From NCBI GenBank assembly GCA_038316195.1, contig JBBQAJ010000003.1, positions 4,056 to 68,055 on the forward strand: DNA of 64,000 bases. Reading direction: 5' to 3'. Below the pieces are notes generated by a model. That model was given only the letters and a program-made list of their open reading frames with translations. It had not been told where the DNA came from and searched no databases. Positions 57,307 to 64,000 of this stretch are shown piece after piece (the first letter of the stretch is position 1; the number at the start of each line of letters is the position of its first letter). Both the position numbers and the translations under genes were made by a program. This stretch comes from Candidatus Saccharimonadales bacterium (lineage in GTDB: Bacteria > Patescibacteriota > Saccharimonadia > Saccharimonadales > JBBQAJ01).

Positions 57307-58584
57307 ATGTTAAAAGAAACAACAATAAATCTTGCGTCAAATTTGCGCAAACTAATGATATTGATGGCCGTTACGGGACTTGTTTTAGCCAGTATGTCTA
57401 CGATATTCTCTGGAAGAGCTCATGCCGCCCAAATGGGCAGTCGAAAAGTCACAATAAGCGACTCCAAGATTAGTGCCACAGGTGTGAACTATACGTTTAC
57501 ATTCACTACAGCTACATCAGCTGCAATCCAGGGAGTTAGATTGCAGTTCTGTACAACACCTTTAGGTGCCTGTACGACCGTAGCTGGTAGCACAGTAGCT
57601 ACTGCCGATGCCACGGCTGCTACCCAGACGTGGACAAACGCCGGTGACTTAACAGACAACGGTAGTACAGACCAAGGTGACTGTACGGAAAACACAAACC
57701 CTGCACAGGAAATTTGTCTAGACAGAGTTGTCGCGACAGCTGAAACACCTGGCGCAAAGGTGTTTACTCTAAATACAGTCACAAACCCAAGCTCACAAAC
57801 AACTACGTATATTCGTATAGCCACATACTCTGACACTGCCTACGCAACTAAAGTTGATGAAGGTATCGTTGCATCCGCAACTGCCCGTCAACTAACAGTT
57901 AATGGTCGTGTTCAAGAACGTTTGGAATTCTGCGTTGCAGCTATCGACGATGCTTCTGCACTACCAGCTAACTGTGGAGCTATGGCTTCAACTACAACCA
58001 TAGACATGGGTGTCATAGACAACTCATCTATAGCCCAAGCTCCGGTTAACGTAACTTCTACTAACGGTTCTAACGACTTCTACGGAGTGGCAATGATAAA
58101 CACTAACGCATCAAGTGGGGCCGTATTGGGTTACTATCCAGAAGCTGCTGGTTCCGGAACAAATGAGCTACGAGCTTTCCGTGTTGCAGGTGTTACATGT
58201 AACGCTTCTGGAACTGACTTAACTGATCAGTGTTTCCAAAGTGCAACCCCAAGTAACACTGCAGACACATTCACTGCTGGTACAGAACGATTTGGAATGG
58301 TAGTACCTTGTATTGACACTACACAAGGTACAACAGCTAACATGTCAGGTGTTACTGCTTACAATGGTACTGATGCATCGACGACTAGTGGTGTTAACTG
58401 TCAAAACGAAGCAAATACAAAATTTGCTTGGAACAATTCAGGTACCGCAGCTACAATTGCCAGTTCTTCAAATGTTGTTGATAACGAAATCGTAAAACTT
58501 CGATTTGGTGCCACAGCTTCAGCTACAACGCCAACAGGTATTTACACTGTTAAGACAACCTACATTGCTACACCTACATTCTAA
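57307..58584 (+). CDS. secreted Cys-containing surface protein, large paralog B (ends ...PTGIYTVKTTYIATPTF)
   Basis: Unrelated signal peptide (...AHA|AQMG). The mature part is ~90% identical to paralog A and all 10 Cys are conserved. Confidence 0.75.
   Translation: MLKETTINLASNLRKLMILMAVTGLVLASMSTIFSGRAHAAQMGSRKVTISDSKISATGVNYTFTFTTATSAAIQGVRLQFCTTPLGACTTVAGSTVATADATAATQTWTNAGDLTDNGSTDQGDCTENTNPAQEICLDRVVATAETPGAKVFTLNTVTNPSSQTTTYIRIATYSDTAYATKVDEGIVASATARQLTVNGRVQERLEFCVAAIDDASALPANCGAMASTTTIDMGVIDNSSIAQAPVNVTSTNGSNDFYGVAMINTNASSGAVLGYYPEAAGSGTNELRAFRVAGVTCNASGTDLTDQCFQSATPSNTADTFTAGTERFGMVVPCIDTTQGTTANMSGVTAYNGTDASTTSGVNCQNEANTKFAWNNSGTAATIASSSNVVDNEIVKLRFGATASATTPTGIYTVKTTYIATPTF
57430..58584 (+). 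repeat. tandem-duplicate unit copy 2
   Basis: See copy 1. Confidence 0.85.
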
Positions 58585-58632
58585 TAAATCTAAGTAGCTA
58601 GACTTCGCCTAACAAAGTACAATTAATTGCAT

Positions 58633-59691
58633 ATGCTTGGACGAAGAAAAACAAAATATATTAAATATGCAATAGTGACACTACTGATAATGGTAGTGTC
58701 ACTATTTAGTTTAGTGAATCCTCAGACAATTCACGCTGCAGAACTAAAAAATCGTTCGATCACTATTGGTTCGGCCACAGTGAACGCAACAACATTTAAT
58801 ACTTACAAATTTAGAATAAGTAGTGGGTTGTTGATTGGGTCTCTTAAGATGGAGTATTGTACAAATTCACCATTTATAGACGACGTATGTACTGCTCCTA
58901 TCGGGTTTTCGCTAGCCTCGAGTTCGATTGGAACACAGTCAGGGTTAGTAGGCTTTAGTATACATCCTTCGTCAACTGCAAATAAATTAGTGCTCGGCAG
59001 AATACCAACACCCGTTGTGCCACCGGTTGACGTTTCCATAACAGTCAATTCTATTGCCAACCCCAATACAGCTAATCAGACGGTTTATGTCCGTATGAGT
59101 ACCTATTCATCAAATGATGCAACAGGCATTCGTGGTGATGATGGTACAACTGCATTCAGTACTTCGAGGAACATTTCTGTTGGTGGATTTGTTCCTCCAT
59201 TTCTAATATTCTGTGTAGGTAACACAGTAGCTCCAAACTGTTCCAGTACAAATGGTGATTTTCTATCATTTGGTGATTTTTCTGCAGCTACAACAAGGAC
59301 AGCAACTTCTCAGTTTGCAGTCGCAACAAACGACCCAGCTGGTTATGTAACTGCATTAAATGGCTTTACTTTAACCTCAGGAAATAACACAATTCCAGCC
59401 TTAAATGTTCCTTCGACAAGTATAATTGGCATTTCGCAATTTGGGATAAACTTGAAACAAAATAATTCACCTGTGGTAGGTATAGAAAGGGTTGGAGTTG
59501 GAACCGGGACAGTTCAACCAGAATTTAGTAACGTAAATAAATTTGTATTTAAAAACAGCAACATAGTAATTTCTACGCTTCCTTCAGATTTCAACACCTT
59601 TACAGTTTCCTACATTGCAAACGTTGCACCGGATCAACTACCTGGTGTTTATAGTGCAACAATTACATATATTACGATGGTGTTATTTTGA
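58633..59691 (+). CDS. secreted surface protein, distant paralog of A/B (ends ...LPGVYSATITYITMVLF)
   Basis: Signal peptide ...IHA|AELKNRSITIG. Shares the blocks QTVYVRMSTYSS and ISVGGFVPPFLIFCVGN with A/B. Confidence 0.7.
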   Translation: MLGRRKTKYIKYAIVTLLIMVVSLFSLVNPQTIHAAELKNRSITIGSATVNATTFNTYKFRISSGLLIGSLKMEYCTNSPFIDDVCTAPIGFSLASSSIGTQSGLVGFSIHPSSTANKLVLGRIPTPVVPPVDVSITVNSIANPNTANQTVYVRMSTYSSNDATGIRGDDGTTAFSTSRNISVGGFVPPFLIFCVGNTVAPNCSSTNGDFLSFGDFSAATTRTATSQFAVATNDPAGYVTALNGFTLTSGNNTIPALNVPSTSIIGISQFGINLKQNNSPVVGIERVGVGTGTVQPEFSNVNKFVFKNSNIVISTLPSDFNTFTVSYIANVAPDQLPGVYSATITYITMVLF

Positions 59692-59746
59692 CATTTACAC
59701 AACCAGTTTAATTACATATACTTAAAAGCATTAAGGAGTTAACAAT

Positions 59747-60790
59747 ATGAAATTTCGATTATATCGAACTGTTTTAGCGGTATTCGCTGTGCTAATTTTA
59801 TCAATTTCGGGTTTAAGTAAAGTAGGATCAGCACAACAAGATAAAGGTGGTGGTAGTGGTGTTCAGATTACGCCAACAAGAACTGACTTATCATTGTTGC
59901 CTGGTGAACAGAAAGATTTTGACATAACAGTCAAAAACGTTACTCAGGGTCCAATAAAAGTTAAAATGTTTTTCAACGATTTTGAATCAGATGGTATTTC
60001 TGGAGAACCCCAAATAATCACTGACGCTAATAGACAGCTTCCTAACTCTATGAGGAAATATGTTAAAGGAATACAAGACTTTACATTAGCAAAAGACGAA
60101 TCAAAAGAAACAAAAATCACTGTTGATATTCCAAATAATGTAAGTCCAGGAGGCTATTATGGGGCTGTGCGATTTGCTGCTATCCCCGGAGGGACAGACG
60201 CAGCCTCAGGTGATACTCAAGTATCATTGACGGCTAGTGTCGCTTCTTTGCTATTTACAGAAGTTGCTGGCAACATTAATGAGCAAATACAAATAGACAA
60301 CGTAAAAGTATGTAGGTTTGCGTCAAATAAATTAGATGCTCCTGTAAATACAAGTGGATTTGGCTCAACAACAAGTACAAAATCACGATGTGAAAAATCT
60401 AGTGGATTATTTTTTAGCAAACCAAACGTAACAAGCATAAATATCGCAAACAAAGGAAATGGATTTGCTAGACCATTTGGTAAAGTAATAGTAACTAGAG
60501 GTGGCAAAGAAGTATTTTCGTATGATATTAATAATTCAGAACCACGTGGAACTATTTTGCCAGCGACATCAAGGGCATTTTCCGATAGAATTCAGGGCGT
60601 TAATACATTTGGAAGATACACAGTTACTGCAAACGTGTCATACGGACAGGGGGGAGAAGTCATAAATAAAACTGCTTCTTTCTGGTATATTCCAACATGG
60701 GTACTTATAACTACACTTGGCTTGCTGGTAATTGTTCTTGGTGCAGCAGGAATGATGTACAAAAAGACCAAAAAATCACGCAAATCATAA
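59747..60790 (+). CDS. DUF916/DUF3324-like (WxL-interacting-protein-like) surface protein with C-terminal TM anchor
   Basis: AAGGAG RBS and signal peptide. VQITPTRTDLSLLPGEQKDFDITVKNVT...GGYYGAVRF. Second Ig-like half ...INIANKGNGFARPFGKVIV...FWYIPTWVL, then a TM and KKTKKSRKS. Confidence 0.6.
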   Translation: MKFRLYRTVLAVFAVLILSISGLSKVGSAQQDKGGGSGVQITPTRTDLSLLPGEQKDFDITVKNVTQGPIKVKMFFNDFESDGISGEPQIITDANRQLPNSMRKYVKGIQDFTLAKDESKETKITVDIPNNVSPGGYYGAVRFAAIPGGTDAASGDTQVSLTASVASLLFTEVAGNINEQIQIDNVKVCRFASNKLDAPVNTSGFGSTTSTKSRCEKSSGLFFSKPNVTSINIANKGNGFARPFGKVIVTRGGKEVFSYDINNSEPRGTILPATSRAFSDRIQGVNTFGRYTVTANVSYGQGGEVINKTASFWYIPTWVLITTLGLLVIVLGAAGMMYKKTKKSRKS

Positions 60791-60856
60791 AATAAAATTA
60801 GCTAACAATAACACCCTGGATTGTTTATAACAACGGGGTGTTATACTATTGTAAGC

Positions 60857-61774
60857 ATGAGCATCTCTGTTAATAAAAAAATAATAATAGCAATAATATC
60901 TACATTAGCTGTCTGTATATTAGGCATTGTTATTTCTCATCAAAATACGCGATTGTACGCGCTGACACAGTCTTCTGGTTCAATCGGAGTAGAAGGGAAA
61001 ATTCCTTCACCTCCCCCTTCTGTTGGTGCTACAATTAGTTTGCCAAGGGATGGGCAGGCTTATTCGTCCTTGCCAGTTACAGTAAGTGGTCTTTGTCCTG
61101 CCGGACTGCTTTTGAAGCTTTTTAAAAATAATGTTTTTGCAGGTTCACAGCAGTGCAACAATGGCAGTTTTTCACTCCAGGTTGATCTATTTACGGGTAC
61201 AAATGTTTTAGTAGCTAGAGTTTATGACGCTCTAGACCAACCTGGGCCTGACTCAAACAATGTAACTGTGAGTTTTAACGACAATAAACAAGGTGCAAGT
61301 TCTCGGGTTACAATAACAAGCAATTATGCAAAACGTGGTGCAAATCCTGGTGAATCATTGACTTGGCCAATTATATTATCGGGAGGTAGCGGACCTTATG
61401 CAGTAAGTATTGACTGGGGAGATGGAAAAGTACCAGATTTAAAAAGTCTGGAATCACCTGGACCCTTTGATATTCAGCATGCTTTTGATACGCCGGGTGT
61501 TTATAACGTAGTCGTAAAAGTGACTGACAAAAACGGCATTAGTGCCTTTTTACAAATAGTCGCAATTGCAAATGGTGCTCTTAGTCAGGATAATTCTGTT
61601 AGTGGAGGCAGCAACACGTCTGGAACAGCTGGGGATACTAAAACAAAAACGAAAGTTATTTGGCAGCCGGCAGCATTGTCTGTGCCACTTGTAGTAGCAA
61701 CTTTTTGGTTAGGTAAAAAATATGCTCTTGCAAGGATAAAGCGCAAAATAGAAACTGGCGATAGACCTTTTTGA
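60857..61774 (+). CDS. membrane-anchored protein with Ig-like and PKD-like modules (N-terminal and C-terminal hydrophobic helices)
   Basis: IDWGDGKVPD...HAFDTPGVYNVVVKVTDKNG (PKD-like). C-terminal helix LSVPLVVATFWLG plus a basic tail. The start is uncertain (ATG 60857 vs TTG 60821). Confidence 0.6.
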   Translation: MSISVNKKIIIAIISTLAVCILGIVISHQNTRLYALTQSSGSIGVEGKIPSPPPSVGATISLPRDGQAYSSLPVTVSGLCPAGLLLKLFKNNVFAGSQQCNNGSFSLQVDLFTGTNVLVARVYDALDQPGPDSNNVTVSFNDNKQGASSRVTITSNYAKRGANPGESLTWPIILSGGSGPYAVSIDWGDGKVPDLKSLESPGPFDIQHAFDTPGVYNVVVKVTDKNGISAFLQIVAIANGALSQDNSVSGGSNTSGTAGDTKTKTKVIWQPAALSVPLVVATFWLGKKYALARIKRKIETGDRPF

Positions 61775-61865
61775 CATGCTAAAGACTTCTTGGGGATATT
61801 AACTGTTAATATATTTGTAAATATTATTTCCAGACTTTTGTAATATGGTCTAGAATAAAGCAACA

Positions 61866-62939
61866 ATGAAAACAATTTATGTCGGCATGAGTGGCGGAGT
61901 CGATAGTTCTGTTACTGCTGCAATTCTAAAAGAGCAGGGATTTAATGTAGTTGGAGTTTATATGAAAAACTGGACTAAAGATTTGCCTGGAATGCCATGT
62001 CCTTGGAAAGACGACTACCAAGATGCCAAAAGAGTTGCCGTGCAACTTAAGATTGAATTCAAAGTATTTGATTTCCAGAAACAATATCTTCATAAAGTTG
62101 TTGATTATATGATAGGTGAATATAAATCAGGCAGAACACCTAATCCGGACATCATGTGCAACCAAGAAGTTAAATTTAAACTGTTCTTAGAGGCTTCACT
62201 AGAAGATGGGGCAGATTTAATTGCAACCGGTCACTATGCTCGAATAGTAAATGCAAACGACAAAAATGAACTGCATACAGCGAGAAATGAAGAAAAAGAC
62301 CAAACCTATTTTCTATACAGAATAAGCAAGGATGCGTTATCTAAAAGTTTAATGCCAATTGGCGAATTCAGAACCAAAAAAGAAGTTCGTTTGCTTGCAA
62401 GAAAACTTGGGTTAGTGACCGCTGACAAAAAAGACAGCCAAGGAATATGTTTTGTTGGAAAAGTAGGCATAAAGGATTTCCTTCAGCAATTTGTTACTAC
62501 CAAAGCTGGAGCAATAATAGATCAAAATGGTAAGGAGATTGGACAACACGATGGAGCGATTTTTTATACTATTGGACAAAGGCATGGTTTAGATGTTGGG
62601 GGTGGTTTGCCTTATTACGTAATTGGTAAAAATATGAATTTAAATGAAGTGTACGTAACAACTAATTTAGATGACGAAAATTTGTGGAGCAGGATCTTGA
62701 ATTTAACTGACATGCATTGGATTGTTGACAAGCCTGATTTAAGTAAAAAGTATCAAGTTAGAAATCGATATCGTGCACCATTAGTTGATTCTGTTTTGCA
62801 ACCAATTTCAGATACTTCAAACAACATGAATATGTCTCTTCGTGCTTCATTGTCTGAGAAAATTAGGGCAGTCACTCCCGGTCAGTCTGCAGTTTTCTAT
62901 GATGGAAGTAGGGTATTGGGTGGTGGGATAGTTGTATAA
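61866..62939 (+). CDS. mnmA: tRNA-specific 2-thiouridylase
   Basis: PP-loop VGMSGGVDSSV, NPDIMCNQEVKF, ATGHYAR, DQTYFL, KDSQGICF. Confidence 0.9.
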   Translation: MKTIYVGMSGGVDSSVTAAILKEQGFNVVGVYMKNWTKDLPGMPCPWKDDYQDAKRVAVQLKIEFKVFDFQKQYLHKVVDYMIGEYKSGRTPNPDIMCNQEVKFKLFLEASLEDGADLIATGHYARIVNANDKNELHTARNEEKDQTYFLYRISKDALSKSLMPIGEFRTKKEVRLLARKLGLVTADKKDSQGICFVGKVGIKDFLQQFVTTKAGAIIDQNGKEIGQHDGAIFYTIGQRHGLDVGGGLPYYVIGKNMNLNEVYVTTNLDDENLWSRILNLTDMHWIVDKPDLSKKYQVRNRYRAPLVDSVLQPISDTSNNMNMSLRASLSEKIRAVTPGQSAVFYDGSRVLGGGIVV

Positions 62940-62984
62940 CTTCAGCGTATATCAATTTCTACGAGATTGGAATACAATTTAAGC

Positions 62985-63389
62985 ATGTATAAAAACATCC
63001 TGTTTGTTGAGGATGAAAAATTCATCGCCGAAATGTATGCAGATATTTTGCGTAAAGCTGGATTCAATGTCCAAATCGAAGTTGATGGCGAAAAAGGTTA
63101 CGAAATAGCTAAAACAGGTAAATTTGACCTAGTATTACTGGATATAATGTTGCCAACTATGACTGGATTAGAAATTTTATCTCGGTTGAGAGATAACAAA
63201 TTATCCCCCAATTTTACCCCTGAAAACCACATAATAGTTCTTACCAATTTAGATGAAGATGACTTAACAAAAAAGAAAATATACGAACTAGCCCAAGGCT
63301 ATTACACGAAAGTAAACATTACTCCACACAAACTAGCAGATATTATTAAAGAAATGGGCGATCCAATATCAGTTCATGACGAAAACTAG
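62985..63389 (+). CDS. stand-alone response-regulator receiver domain
   Basis: FVEDE, LLDIMLPTMTG, VLTN, conserved Lys. Third paralog of this type in the window. Confidence 0.8.
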   Translation: MYKNILFVEDEKFIAEMYADILRKAGFNVQIEVDGEKGYEIAKTGKFDLVLLDIMLPTMTGLEILSRLRDNKLSPNFTPENHIIVLTNLDEDDLTKKKIYELAQGYYTKVNITPHKLADIIKEMGDPISVHDEN

Positions 63390-63411
63390 CTAATCTGTTA
63401 GACTTTTGTAT

Positions 63412-64000
63412 ATGAATGCACAGGATATCAGACGAGCTTACTTGGAATTTTTCAATAAGAGGGATCATAAAACCGTACCACGAGCACTTCTGGTACCCTA
63501 TAATGACCCAACAACACTTTTTACTGGATCGGGTATGCAACCACTTATTCCATATTTGTTAGGCGAAAAACACCCCGACGGCATTAGATTGGTTAATAGC
63601 CAAACATGCTTGAGAGCACAAGACATAGAAGAAGTTGGTAACAATCGTCATACGACTTTTTTTGAAATGCTGGGAAATTGGAGTTTAGGAGACTATTTTA
63701 AAGAAGATCAAATAAAATGGTTTTTTGAATTTTTGGTTGACATAGTTGGTCTTGAACCAAAGAATATTTACGTTACATGTTTTATTGGAGATAAGAAAAA
63801 CGACATACCACGAGACGATGAAGCCGCGTTAATTTGGCAAAAACTTTTCAAAAGCAAAGGCATTGATGCCAAAATTGCAGAAATTGGCTCACAGGAAGAT
63901 GGGGACAAACGTGGGATAAAATCTGGTGAACGAATTTTCTTTTATGATGATGGAGAGAATTGGTGGTCTCGCGCCGGGGGAATAGAAAAAACGCCAATCG
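63412..64000 (+). CDS. alaS: alanine--tRNA ligase, 5' part (runs off the window)
   Basis: MNAQDIRRAYLEFF, FTGSGMQPL, RHTTFFEMLGNWSLGDYFK. Open to the window end, so it is absent from the ORF track. Confidence 0.9.
   Translation, partial: MNAQDIRRAYLEFFNKRDHKTVPRALLVPYNDPTTLFTGSGMQPLIPYLLGEKHPDGIRLVNSQTCLRAQDIEEVGNNRHTTFFEMLGNWSLGDYFKEDQIKWFFEFLVDIVGLEPKNIYVTCFIGDKKNDIPRDDEAALIWQKLFKSKGIDAKIAEIGSQEDGDKRGIKSGERIFFYDDGENWWSRAGGIEKTPI

Noticed and set aside
55999-57836. Antisense ORFs 55999-56292 and 57489-57836 that are also similar to each other
   Set aside because: They are mirror images of the duplicated sense genes, so their similarity is a by-product of the tandem duplication.
60808-60844. 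Long imperfect hairpin ATAACACCC-(TTGTT-TAT-AACAA)-GGGTGTTAT between the DUF916-like gene and the PKD-like gene
   Set aside because: It is not followed by a U-tract, so it is not a convincing intrinsic terminator. It could be a processing or stability element, but nothing further supports that.

Overview
This is an AT-rich, densely coding 64 kb window. All three standard stop codons end recognisable genes, so I see no recoding. Genes are short. The envelope looks Gram-positive in type (murD, murI, an LPXTG sorting signal, a DUF348/G5 wall hydrolase), and many proteins are membrane-anchored hypotheticals. I infer a Patescibacteria/CPR genome, plausibly Saccharibacteria-like, but the window alone cannot prove that.

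The recognisable core includes:
- Cell wall and folate: a degenerate FolD-like gene, murI and murD.
- Signalling: three stand-alone receiver domains and one GAF sensor kinase.
- A VWA / MoxR / DUF58 triad.
- RNA genes: tRNA-Glu(UUC) and tmRNA.
- Glycolysis: pyk-pgk-tpiA.
- A PcrA/UvrD helicase split by a 360-aa intein.
- rsmA and a MarR + MFS pair.
- An SGNH hydrolase, an FKBP, a DEAD-box helicase and a GH37 trehalase.
- metG-tatD, a cysteine desulfurase, mnmA and the 5' end of alaS.
- An atpF-H-A-G-D-C cluster with no a or c subunit genes next to it.

The main hunt result is an eight-gene block at 53.07-61.77 kb with no recognisable enzyme. It encodes secreted or anchored proteins built around one protein with the architecture of the DUF916/DUF3324 'WxL-interacting' anchor of Firmicutes cell-surface complexes. 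Beside it sit four signal-peptide paralogs that share a pilin-like C-terminal strand motif. Two of them are a collinear tandem pair with mosaic nucleotide identity. I read this block as a candidate uncharacterised surface complex or fibre.

Secondary leads:
- An ATP-grasp-like / adenylate-forming ligase / E1(ThiF)-like cluster at 4-9.7 kb.
- A membrane protein just upstream of the atp genes whose C-terminus mimics an ATP synthase c-subunit hairpin but lacks the carboxylate.
- A promoter, a leaderless 21-codon ORF and an intrinsic terminator upstream of the metG operon.
- A frameshifted PQ-loop-like gene.
- A non-LAGLIDADG-looking insert inside the intein.

I saw no CRISPR array, transposase, integrase or rRNA. 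All family assignments come from motif reading by eye and need HMM or structure confirmation.
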